Below, piece after piece: positions 18,623 through 28,815 of a DNA stretch of 64,000 nucleotides. Under the pieces are notes generated by a model. The model was not told the DNA's origin, did no database searches, and was given only the letters and a program-made list of their open reading frames with translations. This DNA is from Bacteroidota bacterium. Its GTDB lineage: Bacteria > Bacteroidota > Bacteroidia > Flavobacteriales_D > Sanyastnellaceae. How positions within the stretch are numbered: position 1 is the first letter of the stretch; each line of letters opens with the position of its first letter. A program made the translations under genes and the position numbers. Location of the stretch: NCBI GenBank assembly GCA_027622975.1, contig JAQBVN010000001.1, positions 35,955 to 99,954 of the forward strand, read 5' to 3'.

Positions 18623-19408
18623 CTACAAATTGATTGCCAGCCCGACACGCACGGCATGCGATGGCAATTGCATGCTTTCGGTGGCCACAGCGGAGACTCG
18701 GCCTTCGTTGTCGAGAGCCAGCTGGTTCAAATCTGCCACGAGCACTTCATTTCCTCCTTGGAGCTGCTGCAGCTGTGCATAACGTGCTTGAATGAAGGTC
18801 CTTTCGCCGATTTGCAACCTCACACCCCCGGCATACCCATAGCTCAAGTTAAAATCTCGGGTGGGAACGTCTGCTTGGACATCCCGCCATGTGTCGTCCT
18901 CCAACTTGATTGTGGTACCCAGAATGGACCCTCTCACCCCTGCGAAAACTTCCACGTAGGGTTGGATTTTGGTTCGCTGAAAGAGGGTTACCCGCAGGAG
19001 ATAATGAGCATGGGCCAATTGATTTCTCAGTTTCACATCGGCCTGCTGAGAGGTGTTGTTCGAGTACAGCGTGACGGTGGTGTCAAACCGTCCGATGGGC
19101 TGAAATCCCACGTCGAGACCGCCGTCGAACAGGCTTCCTCGTTCATGTTTGACCGTCGTCAAGGCAAATCCGTATCTCGGCTCGTCCAACACGGAGGCGA
19201 TGTCCGCCCCGGGCACATCTGAGATGAGGTTGAACTCCACATGTCTCCATGAGCTGGGCAGAGATTTCTTGTCCTCGACCGCCGATTTTGTGTCTTGGTT
19301 GGAGGAAGTGGGGTTGTCCTTGGTGACTGATTGTGCCGCCGACAGGGAGCTGGACATGATCAGCAGGAAGCAGATGATCACATGGGAGGCGATAGCGCGC
19401 ATGTTCAT
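18623..19408 (-). CDS. hypothetical secreted protein, probable outer-membrane beta-barrel
   Basis: Signal peptide MNMRAIASHVIICFLLIMSSSLSAAQS and alternating amphipathic beta-strand pattern. I recognise no family. Start set to ATG 19408. Confidence 0.5.
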   Translation of the reverse strand: MNMRAIASHVIICFLLIMSSSLSAAQSVTKDNPTSSNQDTKSAVEDKKSLPSSWRHVEFNLISDVPGADIASVLDEPRYGFALTTVKHERGSLFDGGLDVGFQPIGRFDTTVTLYSNNTSQQADVKLRNQLAHAHYLLRVTLFQRTKIQPYVEVFAGVRGSILGTTIKLEDDTWRDVQADVPTRDFNLSYGYAGGVRLQIGERTFIQARYAQLQQLQGGNEVLVADLNQLALDNEGRVSAVATESMQLPSHAVRVGLAINL

Positions 19409-19568
19409 GACTTGTCTTGAGGGTAAGATACGTGGAATCTGTTGGAAGCGTTGAAGGACAAAAGTGATGCCAAAAGTCATTTCGTCGTCTTTCTTCATCC
19501 TCGGACCCCTACGGACCCTGAACGTCTTTTCCTTGCTTCACATTGTGTGAGTCCTCCAAAATCGTCCC

Positions 19569-20480
19569 ATGTTTGCCATCGCTATGGCATTGATTCAAGA
19601 GAATGTTCCGCCCATTCGGGTGCTCGTCACAGGGGGGCACGGTCAACTGGGAAGCCGATTGGTGGCTGTGGGCCGCCAGCGCATTGATGTGGAGGTGGTT
19701 GGGTTGGGCCGAGCCGAGATGGATGTCCTCAACCCTTCGTCGATTTCGGCTGCTTTGGACGGTCATCAACCCCATGTGGTCATTCATGCCGCTGCCTACA
19801 CCGCGGTGGATCGCGCCGAAGAAGATCAAGAGGCGGCTCACGCCCTGAATGTGGTGGCTGTTGGAAGCTTGGCTTCAGCCTGCAGGGACCGTGGGATTCG
19901 CCTGATTCACATCAGCACGGACTACGTGTTTGGTCAAGCCCCTCGACGCCCCTTGCGTCCCGAAGACCCCATTCATCCCCAAGGCGTGTATGCCCAAACC
20001 AAGGCTGATGGAGAGCGAATGGCCCTGTCGTCTGGCGCGGATGTGGCCGTGGTGAGGGTGAGCTGGTTGTACGATGGTGTGGGTCAGAATTTCATGAACA
20101 CGATGCTTCGACTGGCCAAGGAGCGCGGGGCGTTGCGCGTTGTGGATGACCAGATGGGTGTCCCGACGGCAGCTCCCGTCTTGGCTTCAGGACTGCTCGA
20201 TATGGCTGCGATGGGTGAGGACATGCCCACGGGGCTTTGGCATTACGCCCATGAGGGAGTCACGAGTTGGCATGGATTTGCATCAGAAATCATGGAGATT
20301 GCCGGGTTGGATGTGCCCGTAGAACCCGTTCCGACCTCGGCTTTTCCGACTGCGGCCCAACGTCCTTCGTGGAGTGTTCTTGATGGAGAGGCCCTTCGTG
20401 TTCGGATGGGATGGCCCGCCATGCACTGGAAAGAGGGACTTGAAATATGTTGGAGATTGCGGTTGAAGGCCGCGGAATGA
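19569..20480 (+). CDS. rfbD: dTDP-4-dehydrorhamnose reductase
   Basis: RVLVTGGHGQLG Rossmann motif, a YxxxK catalytic motif (YAQTK) and RmlD length. The true start may be ATG 19584. Confidence 0.88.
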   Translation: MFAIAMALIQENVPPIRVLVTGGHGQLGSRLVAVGRQRIDVEVVGLGRAEMDVLNPSSISAALDGHQPHVVIHAAAYTAVDRAEEDQEAAHALNVVAVGSLASACRDRGIRLIHISTDYVFGQAPRRPLRPEDPIHPQGVYAQTKADGERMALSSGADVAVVRVSWLYDGVGQNFMNTMLRLAKERGALRVVDDQMGVPTAAPVLASGLLDMAAMGEDMPTGLWHYAHEGVTSWHGFASEIMEIAGLDVPVEPVPTSAFPTAAQRPSWSVLDGEALRVRMGWPAMHWKEGLEICWRLRLKAAE

Positions 20481-20496
20481 TGAACTTTGAGACGCC

Positions 20497-22257
20497 ATGA
20501 ATCACGATGACCTGCTGAACACCGTCAAGGCCCTTGCGAAGGGTTGGACGTTGCCTCCCCACGACGACAAAACCCAAGCGACGGTTCAACATTGGTTGGA
20601 CCGTTGCGATGCCGACGATGCCGCGCGGGAAGCACTGATTGACGCCTTTTACACCGAATTGTCCTTCGGCACGGGGGGGATGCGAGGCAAAATGGGGCCG
20701 GGCATCAATCGGATCAATGCCACGACCATTGCGAGAGCGACTCAGGGTTTGGCCAATCACCTCAGGGCCAAGCACGGAGACGCCAAGGGGTTGCGCGTGG
20801 CCGTGGCATGCGACAGTCGCAACCAGAGCCAGGAGTTCGCGCAAATCACGGCGGAAGTTCTTGCGGCCAATGGATTTGAGGCTTGGCTCTACCCGGCCTT
20901 GCGACCCACGCCTCAGCTGTCTTGGACGGTTCGTCAACTTGGGGCCGTGGGTGGCGTGGTGATCACAGCCAGCCACAATCCCCCCATCTACAATGGCTAC
21001 AAGGTGTATGCTGAGGATGGCGGTCAAGTGGTTGCTCCGGACGATCGGAATCTGGTGGAAGCGGTTCGGGCCATTCCCGTGGATGCCGTCATCGAAAGGA
21101 ATTCGTCGGGAATTCATGAACTGGACGCCACATGGGATGAGGGCTACCGCGACATGCTGAAATCGTTCAGCCTGTCTTCGAATCTTCGGTCCCAGGGGTC
21201 TGACCTGCCCATCGTTTTCACGGGCCTCCACGGAACGGGTGCATTGGCCGTTCCGCCAGCCTTGGCCCATTTTGGATTTCGCTGTGTCCATGAAGTGGCT
21301 TCCCAGGCCATTCCCGATGGCAACTTTCCTACAGTGGCCAGTCCCAACCCGGAAGAAGGGCCGGCCTTGGCTGCGGCAGTGGCCCTGGCCCGCGAAGTGG
21401 GTGCGGCATTGGTCATGGGCACCGACCCTGATTCCGACCGCGTGGGCATTGCTGTCCCCGACGGCGCTGGCGACTTTGTGCTCCTCAATGGCAATGAAAC
21501 CGCTGCGTTGTTGACGGATCATGTGTTGTCCAAGTGGGCTGAGGCGGGACGTTTGGACACCCCGTCATTTGTGGCCAAAACCGTTGTCACAACCACATTG
21601 CTCGAGAAAATCGCTGACCATTATGGGGTGGCGGTGCGCGAAACATTGACGGGTTTCAAGTTCATTGCGGAGGCGATTCGCCAAGAGGAGGGTTCGATGC
21701 AATACGTGGTGGGCGGAGAGGAGAGCTATGGATACCTTGTAGGAAGCGAAGTGCGTGACAAAGACGCGGTCCAGAGTTGTTGTTTGCTCGCGGAATTGGC
21801 CCATGAGTTGTCCCTGAAGGGAGAGTCCATGACCCAACGGTTGGCAGCGCTTCACGCACGTCACGGGGCCTACAAAGAGGGCTTGGTGTCCCTTGTCAAG
21901 GAAGGCCGGGAGGGAAAAGCCCAAATCGATGCCATGATGGAAGCCTACCGCAACGACACCCCGCAGACGTTGGCGGGAGAGCGCGTGGTTGAATTGAGAG
22001 ACTATGCTTCGGGTGAAATCAAGAATGCAGAAGGCCTGGTGGTGGGTGCCCTGTCCCAAGCGCGCTCCAATGTGCTTCAATTCGTCACCGATGCAGGTTC
22101 ACGGGTCACCGTTCGGCCTTCAGGCACGGAGCCCAAAATCAAATGCTACGCCAGCGTGTGCCGTCCTTGGAATCCAGAAGCTTCGTCTCATGAGGAGATC
22201 ATGCAGGCATTGCAGAACCAGGTCCAAGCGCACTTCAAGGCTTTGGGCGTGGTCTGA
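20497..22257 (+). CDS. phospho-sugar mutase (phosphoglucomutase/phosphomannomutase family)
   Basis: Active-site TASHNPPIYNGYKV and Mg-binding GTDPDSDR motifs; 586 aa. Confidence 0.9.
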   Translation: MNHDDLLNTVKALAKGWTLPPHDDKTQATVQHWLDRCDADDAAREALIDAFYTELSFGTGGMRGKMGPGINRINATTIARATQGLANHLRAKHGDAKGLRVAVACDSRNQSQEFAQITAEVLAANGFEAWLYPALRPTPQLSWTVRQLGAVGGVVITASHNPPIYNGYKVYAEDGGQVVAPDDRNLVEAVRAIPVDAVIERNSSGIHELDATWDEGYRDMLKSFSLSSNLRSQGSDLPIVFTGLHGTGALAVPPALAHFGFRCVHEVASQAIPDGNFPTVASPNPEEGPALAAAVALAREVGAALVMGTDPDSDRVGIAVPDGAGDFVLLNGNETAALLTDHVLSKWAEAGRLDTPSFVAKTVVTTTLLEKIADHYGVAVRETLTGFKFIAEAIRQEEGSMQYVVGGEESYGYLVGSEVRDKDAVQSCCLLAELAHELSLKGESMTQRLAALHARHGAYKEGLVSLVKEGREGKAQIDAMMEAYRNDTPQTLAGERVVELRDYASGEIKNAEGLVVGALSQARSNVLQFVTDAGSRVTVRPSGTEPKIKCYASVCRPWNPEASSHEEIMQALQNQVQAHFKALGVV

Positions 22258-22311
22258 AGTCAAAAGGCTTGTTTCTCTTGGTCATCCCGCTTCACAGCGA
22301 GTGATCCATGT

Positions 22312-22854
22312 TCATGGCGCCGTTGCCAACGGCACCGGATTCACAAGGACCTCGGGTGTTTCCCATTCTTTGATTTTGGGCGCGATCAAGGGTGCAATGC
22401 CCTCGATCGGTGCCATCAACACGCTTCCTTCTCCATGCCCGGGCATCCAGCTTCGATGGCCCACGAGGTTGTTGAGGAAATACATCACAAAGGAGGCAAT
22501 GAGTGCCATTTTGGCCAGGCCAAACAAAGCACCCGCCAACTTGTTGGCCAAGCCCAAAGCCACGAGGTCCAGGACTTTCTCCAGCAGTTTGGCCAGGAGA
22601 TGGACGGCCACAACCACGGCCAAAAACGTGATTGCCAGAGAGGCCATGCTCAGGGTATTCACGGACCAATTGACGTGGGGGGCGAGGGAATCTGCAGCAA
22701 TGTGCGAACCTCGCGCCGCCGCCCAAATTCCGCCAATCAAACCCACCAAGGACGCAATGGAAAGCACAAGTCCTTTGACAAACCCGCGCCATGCTCCCAC
22801 CAGGAGCAACAACGCAAGGGCAATGTCTGGAAGGGTCAAGGGCAAGTTTTCCAT
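22312..22854 (-). CDS. cvpA: CvpA-family membrane protein
   Basis: Starts MENLPLTLPDIALALLLLVGAWRGFVKG, typical of CvpA, with four TM helices. The track start 23151 is an upstream extension overlapping the GNAT gene. Confidence 0.78.
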   Translation of the reverse strand: MENLPLTLPDIALALLLLVGAWRGFVKGLVLSIASLVGLIGGIWAAARGSHIAADSLAPHVNWSVNTLSMASLAITFLAVVVAVHLLAKLLEKVLDLVALGLANKLAGALFGLAKMALIASFVMYFLNNLVGHRSWMPGHGEGSVLMAPIEGIAPLIAPKIKEWETPEVLVNPVPLATAP

Positions 22855-22909
22855 GGAACGATGGCGCATTTCATGAACTGCAAGGTAGAGCACGGACCCT
22901 TTCGCAAGG

Positions 22910-22917
22910 TACCTTCG
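22910..22917 (+). promoter_or_regulatory. -7 box TACCTTCG, 4 nt upstream of the GNAT ATG
   Basis: TACCTTCG-CGCC-ATG. Confidence 0.4.
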
Positions 22918-22921
22918 CGCC

Positions 22922-23449
22922 ATGGGACATCTTGCTTTGTCTGGGCCCGAGGGCGACTCCAAGTGGTACGTTCGAGAAGGCAGACGTAAGGATTTGAAAG
23001 CGGTGTTGGCGTTGGTTCGGGAGTTGGCCGCGTATGAGCGCGCCGCCCATGAAGTGTCCTTGACGTTGTCCCAATTGGAGAAGGATGCAGAGGCCGGTTG
23101 TTTCGCGTGGACAGTGGCTGAAGAGCGTGCAACAGGCCAAATCATTGGCATGGTACTACACCATGGACGTTACAGCACTTGGAAAGGAAAGACATGGTAT
23201 GTGGAAGACCTGGTGGTCACAGAGGCATGGCGCGGACAGGGTGTGGGGAAGGCCTTGTTCGCTGCTGTGGCACAGCGCGCATGGGCAGAGGAAGCCCAGC
23301 GCTTGGAATGGCAGGTGTTGGATTGGAATGAACCAGCCATTGGGTTCTACCGACATCTCGAGGCTTCCCTCGACGGCAGTTGGCTCAATGGAAGATTGAC
23401 ACGCGAGGCATTGAAAAATCATCCCCTGAGGACGATCTCCCAACCATGA
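22922..23449 (+). CDS. GNAT-family N-acetyltransferase
   Basis: The acetyl-CoA binding motif region RGQGVGKALF is present; about 175 aa. Confidence 0.85.
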   Translation: MGHLALSGPEGDSKWYVREGRRKDLKAVLALVRELAAYERAAHEVSLTLSQLEKDAEAGCFAWTVAEERATGQIIGMVLHHGRYSTWKGKTWYVEDLVVTEAWRGQGVGKALFAAVAQRAWAEEAQRLEWQVLDWNEPAIGFYRHLEASLDGSWLNGRLTREALKNHPLRTISQP

Positions 23450-24798
23450 GTGATCCCATGACAGACACCACACCTCACGATTCTCAGGAATTCCTGCGTA
23501 CGGAGACCCACAAGTTTGGTGGGGCATCCGTGAAGGATGCAGACGCCATTCGGCGCGTGGGGTCCTTGCTAACCCAAACCCTCCTTCCTGGCACTGCCGC
23601 CGTGGTCGTTGTTTCTGCCATGGGCAAGACCACCAATGCGTTGGAAGCAGTGTGGCGTGCGACGAGTGAGGACCGTCCGGCCCTGTGGGATTCGCTCAGA
23701 AATGAACATATCGAGGTGGCCCAAACCTTGGGTTTGTCAGATGCCACAACTGGGCGACTCGTGGAGGTGTTTGAGGCTGCGTGGGAAGAGGCGACATCTG
23801 TTGATGAGGGTCGATTGGATGCCGCCAACGCCGCCTACGATGCTTTCGTGGCAGCGGGCGAAATGGCAAGCACCGTCTTGGTTCACGCATGGTTGGAGTC
23901 GCTGGGTTTGGACTCGATGTGGTGGGATGTGCGACACACCTTGCAAACCGTGGGCCCTCACAAGGCGGCCCGTGTCGAGGAATCAAACTTGATGCAGGCA
24001 GGGAGTTCCCTCCGACGGGCTTTGAGACAACTCGGAAGTCGAGGTGCATCGGGAGCAGGACCTGTCATTGTGACCCAAGGATTTGTGGGACGAGACCAAA
24101 CGGGAGCCACCACGACCTTGGGCAGGGAGGGGTCAGATTATAGTGCAGCCCTCTTGACGGTGGCCAGTGCTTCGGAAGGCTTGACCATCTGGAAGGATGT
24201 TCCGGGGATGATGAATGCCGATCCCAAGCGGCATTCGGATGCCGTGACCATTCCGCGTGTTGACCATGCGGAAGCCGTGGAACTGAGTTATTACGGGGCC
24301 AGCGTCATCCATCCCAGGACCATCAAGCCCCTTCGTCAGGCCGCCAAGCCCTTGTGGGTGAAGTCTTTTGTCCATCCCGAAGGTCCGGGCACCCACATCG
24401 ACTCATTTCCAGGTTTGGTGCCAGACGTCCCTATGTTTATTTGGCGAGAAGATCAAGTGTGGATTGAGGTGTCGACACTCGATGGAAGTTTTTTGGCTGA
24501 AGATCACTTGAGTACCCTGTTCGACGCACTGGGTCGTGCGGGCATTCACGTGCGACTGATGCAGCAAAGCGCCACCCATTTTGGCCTGCTGACCGACCGT
24601 GATGATGTGCGCTTGACCCTGCTGCAAACCCAGGTTCATCATGCATTGGGGATGAGGGTGCGTCATGATTTGTCACTGCTGACCATCCGTCACGGACACG
24701 CGGATGTCATGGACACCTTGACCGAGGGAAGAGAGGTCGTGGTGGAGCAACGGGCAGGTGCAACATGGCGTCGCGTTTTGGGATCCTGTGGGACCTGA
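23446..24798 (+). CDS. lysC: aspartate kinase (monofunctional)
   Basis: HKFGGASV kinase N-terminus and C-terminal ACT-like region. ATG 23446 overlaps the GNAT stop. Confidence 0.88.
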   Translation: MSDPMTDTTPHDSQEFLRTETHKFGGASVKDADAIRRVGSLLTQTLLPGTAAVVVVSAMGKTTNALEAVWRATSEDRPALWDSLRNEHIEVAQTLGLSDATTGRLVEVFEAAWEEATSVDEGRLDAANAAYDAFVAAGEMASTVLVHAWLESLGLDSMWWDVRHTLQTVGPHKAARVEESNLMQAGSSLRRALRQLGSRGASGAGPVIVTQGFVGRDQTGATTTLGREGSDYSAALLTVASASEGLTIWKDVPGMMNADPKRHSDAVTIPRVDHAEAVELSYYGASVIHPRTIKPLRQAAKPLWVKSFVHPEGPGTHIDSFPGLVPDVPMFIWREDQVWIEVSTLDGSFLAEDHLSTLFDALGRAGIHVRLMQQSATHFGLLTDRDDVRLTLLQTQVHHALGMRVRHDLSLLTIRHGHADVMDTLTEGREVVVEQRAGATWRRVLGSCGT

Positions 24799-24964
24799 AC
24801 GAGCGTCATTGCGAGGTCAACTGGCGGGCATGGGTTGCAAAAAAATGACCATGGGTTTGGAATTTCCAAACATTTGATTCACATTGCCCGAATCAAGGGA
24901 TTGGTCTCCCTTGGTGTGGTACAAACGAATGTTTCGATGTTCGTTTGAGTTCAATGTCAAGTGG

Positions 24965-24992
24965 GGCGGGGCGAAAGTCCCGCCTTTTCTTT
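24965..24992 (+). terminator. intrinsic terminator with GAAA tetraloop
   Basis: GGCGGGGC-GAAA-GTCCCGCC followed by TTTTCTTT, 167 nt downstream of the lysC stop. Confidence 0.7.
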
Positions 24993-25068
24993 GCCAATAC
25001 GGGGTGTGTAACCCTCCTCTCTCCGATCCGTTCACCCCAGCGGAGCGCATGGAGCGCGACGCAATCCC

Positions 25069-25290
25069 TCAGTATTCGTCTTCGTTGAAGAAAAAATCTT
25101 CTTTGGACGGGTAGTCAGGCCAAATGTCTTCGATGGTTTCGTACAACTCACCATCGTCCTCCAGCTGTTGCAAATTTTCAACAACCTCCAATGGAGCACC
25201 TGTTCTCATGGAGAAATCGATGAGCTCATCCTTGGTGGCTGGCCAAGGCGCGTCCTCCAGATAAGAGGCCAATTCTAGGGTCCAATACAT
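25069..25290 (-). CDS. DUF2795-family small acidic protein
   Basis: 73 aa; the YLEDAPWPATKDELIDFSMRTGAPLEVVENLQ pattern matches my recollection of DUF2795. A TATTTTTG box lies 20 nt upstream. Confidence 0.7.
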   Translation of the reverse strand: MYWTLELASYLEDAPWPATKDELIDFSMRTGAPLEVVENLQQLEDDGELYETIEDIWPDYPSKEDFFFNEDEY

Positions 25291-25462
25291 GTCCTACGCG
25301 GTTTAGCGCGCAAAAATAACCGAATCTCTTTGCGAGTCAAGCAATTGCGCAATTTTGTGAGCGATCAGTGGTGCAAGGACAGGGATGGCAGCAGGGCTAG
25401 AGGGTGTGATGGCGTCAAACCGAGAAGAATCGGCTTCACTCCGCAAGACGGCCCAGCGTCAT

Positions 25463-26011
25463 TCAAGAACGAGGATTCCAAGCAATCTCCTCGGAACCAG
25501 TTTCCACAGCCAACCATCTGGACACGATGAACAAGGCATCTGACAAACGGTTCAGGTAAGACAGCCCCAAGGGGTCCATGGGATCGACCTTGTGTAGAGC
25601 GACACATCGACGTTCAGCCCGTCGACAAACCACCCGGGCCAAATGTGCATCGGCGCAGGCCACATGGCCTCCAGGCAGCACAAAATTGCTCAATTCTGGA
25701 AGGCCTTCTTCGAGTCGATCCATCCACGCTTCGAGTTTGTCTGGTCCTGCCGGATCCAAGGCGGGCAGTTTGCCGCGCCATGCGGGGTCCGTGGTGGCGA
25801 GATGGCTTCCCAAGGTGAACAATTCGCTTTGGATGCCGAGAATGGTGGATCGGAGAGATGTTGCAACGTCATGGGTGGCGAGTCGCCCCATCCAAGCATT
25901 GAGTTCATCGACCGTGCCGTACGCCTCGATTCGAAGATCATCCTTGCCTATGCGCTCTCCTCCAAACAACCCAGTGCTTCCATCGTCCCCGGTTCGTGTG
26001 TAAATGCGCAT
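25463..26011 (-). CDS. ATP:cob(I)alamin adenosyltransferase, PduO type
   Basis: MRIYTRTGDDGSTGL N-terminus is diagnostic. Start set to ATG 26011. Confidence 0.9.
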   Translation of the reverse strand: MRIYTRTGDDGSTGLFGGERIGKDDLRIEAYGTVDELNAWMGRLATHDVATSLRSTILGIQSELFTLGSHLATTDPAWRGKLPALDPAGPDKLEAWMDRLEEGLPELSNFVLPGGHVACADAHLARVVCRRAERRCVALHKVDPMDPLGLSYLNRLSDALFIVSRWLAVETGSEEIAWNPRS

Positions 26012-26056
26012 GGTGCAAGCTACGACTGACTGAGGTTGATGCCTGCCTTGAAGGTG

Positions 26057-26064
26057 TACCTTTG
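26057..26064 (+). promoter_or_regulatory. -7 box TACCTTTG upstream of the dCMP deaminase gene (29 nt from the ATG)
   Basis: Perfect TAnnTTTG in the divergent spacer. Confidence 0.45.
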
Positions 26065-26093
26065 TGCCGTTGTTTTGTCGACAACGAACCGCC

Positions 26094-26522
26094 ATGGAGA
26101 CCACAAGCACTTCGGCCAAGCAAAAGCGATATGACGATGCCTACATGCGCATGGCGCAGGAATGGGCTCAACTTTCGCATTGTCAGAGAAAACAAGTGGG
26201 CGCGTTGATTGTGAAAGATCAAATGATCATTGCTGACGGCTACAACGGTGCACCGAGCGGGTTTCCCAATGCCTGCGAAAATGATCAGGGCGAGACCCAT
26301 TGGTACGTGCTTCATGCTGAGGCAAACGCCATCACCAAGCTCGCCAAGAGCAACAACAGTGCCCAGGGTGCGACGTTGTATATCACACTTTCGCCATGCC
26401 GTGAATGCGCCAAACTCATTCACCAGGCTGGCATTGTTCGCGTGGTGTACCGCGACGCATACAAGGACGAGAGCGGGCTTGACTTTTTGAAATTGGCCGG
26501 TGTAGACATTGTGCAAGTGTGA
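26094..26522 (+). CDS. deoxycytidylate (dCMP) deaminase
   Basis: Zinc-binding HAEANAI and PCRECAKLI motifs. Confidence 0.87.
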   Translation: METTSTSAKQKRYDDAYMRMAQEWAQLSHCQRKQVGALIVKDQMIIADGYNGAPSGFPNACENDQGETHWYVLHAEANAITKLAKSNNSAQGATLYITLSPCRECAKLIHQAGIVRVVYRDAYKDESGLDFLKLAGVDIVQV

Positions 26523-26547
26523 TGGACATCCAATTCCTTGTTCGCGC

Positions 26548-28200
26548 ATGAAGCATTGGCAACCTTTGGGCTTGGCCGTGGCGCTTGTCGCAGGTTTGTG
26601 GTTGGGCCGTAGATGTGGACCTGAGGGTGTGCCCGAACGGCTGATCGATTCTGGGTTTTCCTTTCATGGCAGCGTGGAATCCAGACGTTTGTTGCACGTC
26701 TTGGGTCGGATCGAGAACATGTATGTCGACTCCTTTGATCCGTCACGCCTGGTTGACGCTGCCATTGCCGCCATGTTGGATGAGCTCGATCCCCACACGG
26801 TGTATTTCTCGGGGGAGGAACTGGCTGAGATGTCGGAAAGCATGGAAGGGAATTTCGAAGGAATCGGGGTGGAATTCCTGATCCAGAAGGACACCTTGAT
26901 GGTTGTGTCGGCCATCCCAGGCGGCCCCTCCGAGGCGGCGGGCATCTTGGCAGGGGACCGCATCTTGGAAGTGGACGGCAAGGCCATTTCAGGATCTGAC
27001 CTGACCAACCGAAGGGTCATGGAATTGCTCAAAGGACCTCGCGGAACTTCGGTGAATTTGGGGCTCTCCCGCCGGGGTCTGTTGTCCCAGGTTCGAATCA
27101 CCAGAGACCGCATTCCCATCGAGAGTGTCGTGGCTGCATTTGTCGCCGAGGAAGGTGTCGGATACATCAAGGTCATTCGATTTGCAGCAACCACTGCCAT
27201 GGAATTTGAAGAGGCCATGGCTTTTGTGGCTTCCCAGGGCGCGCATTCTGTCATCGTGGATTTGCGCGGCAACGGCGGGGGATATTTGAATGCCGTGGTG
27301 GACATGGTGGAGTTGTTTCTCCGAGAAGACCAAACCATCGTCTACACCCAAGGGAACGCCTCTCCTCGCCGCGATTACACATGCCGGCGGACGGGACCCT
27401 ACGTGGATTGGCCTTTGGCAGTGCTCGTCGATGAAGGTTCTGCCTCGGCGAGCGAAATTTTCGCAGGAGCGGTTCAAGACAATGACCGGGGATGGGTGGT
27501 TGGTCGTCGCACGTTTGGCAAGGGATTGGTTCAGGAGGAGTTCGCGGTTCCTGGAGATGGGGCCCTCCGTTTGACCGTGGCGCGGTTTTACACCCCCACG
27601 GGAAGGGCCATCCAAAAGCCCTATGCGACGTATGAAGATGACTTCGACGTGCGCCTGACCCGGGGAGAATTGTACCACGCCGACAGCATGCCGCTTGTGG
27701 ACTCCTTGCGCTACACCACACCCATGGGCCGAGAGGTGTTTGGGGGTGGTGGGATTGCCCCTGATTTGTTTGTGCCATGGGACAGCACCGCGACCAGTGC
27801 TTGGGTTGGTGAGTGGCTTTGGACGGGCGTGTTGAGAGACGCCGTCTTTGCATGGATGGACAACCACCGCGAGTCCTTGTCTGCATGCACCCATGCGACC
27901 CACGTGGAGGCTTTGCCGGCCTGGAATCTCGTGGAAGGCGAGGTGCGGCGTCAGGCAGAGGCCCAAGGCATGTCGTGGCAGGATCCCTCGCCGGAAGAAC
28001 TAGCCAAGCTTCGACACAGATTTCTCGCCCAGGTGGTTCGAACCCTTTGGGGAGAGTCTGCTTCCTATGAAATTTTGATGGCAGGAGATGCTGGTGTTGC
28101 CATGGCCCTGCACGTTCTCCTTGAGGATGAAATGGCAACGGGGAACGACCACGACGTATCTTTGGACTTGACACACAACGAATCACACAACAACCCCTGA
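26548..28200 (+). CDS. S41-family C-terminal processing peptidase
   Basis: PDZ domain (GDRILEVDG), S41 catalytic region (GSASASEIFAG ... TFGKGLVQ) and an N-terminal signal anchor. Confidence 0.9.
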   Translation: MKHWQPLGLAVALVAGLWLGRRCGPEGVPERLIDSGFSFHGSVESRRLLHVLGRIENMYVDSFDPSRLVDAAIAAMLDELDPHTVYFSGEELAEMSESMEGNFEGIGVEFLIQKDTLMVVSAIPGGPSEAAGILAGDRILEVDGKAISGSDLTNRRVMELLKGPRGTSVNLGLSRRGLLSQVRITRDRIPIESVVAAFVAEEGVGYIKVIRFAATTAMEFEEAMAFVASQGAHSVIVDLRGNGGGYLNAVVDMVELFLREDQTIVYTQGNASPRRDYTCRRTGPYVDWPLAVLVDEGSASASEIFAGAVQDNDRGWVVGRRTFGKGLVQEEFAVPGDGALRLTVARFYTPTGRAIQKPYATYEDDFDVRLTRGELYHADSMPLVDSLRYTTPMGREVFGGGGIAPDLFVPWDSTATSAWVGEWLWTGVLRDAVFAWMDNHRESLSACTHATHVEALPAWNLVEGEVRRQAEAQGMSWQDPSPEELAKLRHRFLAQVVRTLWGESASYEILMAGDAGVAMALHVLLEDEMATGNDHDVSLDLTHNESHNNP

Positions 28201-28203
28201 ATC

Positions 28204-28800
28204 ATGGCTTTTGAGCTACCCCAACTTTCCTATGCCTACGACGCCTTGGAGCCGCACATTGATGCACGGACCATGGAAATCCACCACAGCAAGCATCACG
28301 CAGGGTACACCAACAACCTGAACAATGCCGTGGCCGGTACCGACATGGAAGGCAAGGACATTGAAACGTTGCTTCGGGACCACAGCGATCACGCGGGGGT
28401 TCGAAACAACGGCGGTGGTTTTTGGAACCACACGCTGTTTTGGAATTGCATGTCACCCAATGGTGGTGGCCAGCCGAGTGGGGCCTTGGGAGAAGCCATT
28501 GACCGAGATTTTGGCAGCTTCGATGCCTTCAAGGAAGAGTTTAGCAAGGCCGCAGCCACGCGCTTTGGTTCAGGTTGGGCATGGTTGTGTGTGCGCGATG
28601 GGAAGTTGGAGGTCTGCAGCAGCGCCAACCAGGATAACCCGCTGATGCCCGGTGTTGGATGCGGTGGTCACCCCATCTTGGGGTTGGACGTGTGGGAGCA
28701 TGCCTACTATTTGAATTACCAAAACCGTCGCCCCGACTACATCCAAGCGTTTTTCAACGTTGTGGATTGGAACGCAGTGGGTGCGCGGTTCAACGGTTGA
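28204..28800 (+). CDS. Fe/Mn superoxide dismutase
   Basis: [28 protein letters not shown] and DVWEHAYY motifs. Confidence 0.96.
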   Translation: MAFELPQLSYAYDALEPHIDARTMEIHHSKHHAGYTNNLNNAVAGTDMEGKDIETLLRDHSDHAGVRNNGGGFWNHTLFWNCMSPNGGGQPSGALGEAIDRDFGSFDAFKEEFSKAAATRFGSGWAWLCVRDGKLEVCSSANQDNPLMPGVGCGGHPILGLDVWEHAYYLNYQNRRPDYIQAFFNVVDWNAVGARFNG

Positions 28801-28815
28801 TCCATTGACCTCTGA

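Noticed and set aside
20290-21522. 410-aa minus-strand ORF.
   Set aside because: Antisense shadow of the phospho-sugar mutase gene, which carries TASHNP and GTDPDSDR motifs on the plus strand.
24817-25114. 77-aa (minus strand) and 76-aa (plus strand) ORFs in the lysC / DUF2795 convergent spacer.
   Set aside because: They have no promoter box or family resemblance. The plus-strand ORF reads straight through a terminator hairpin and into the DUF2795 gene antisense. The region is treated as non-coding and structured.
26989-28186. 325-aa and 311-aa minus-strand ORFs.
   Set aside because: They are two overlapping antisense frames of the S41 peptidase gene. Both are proline/arginine-rich nonsense translations.
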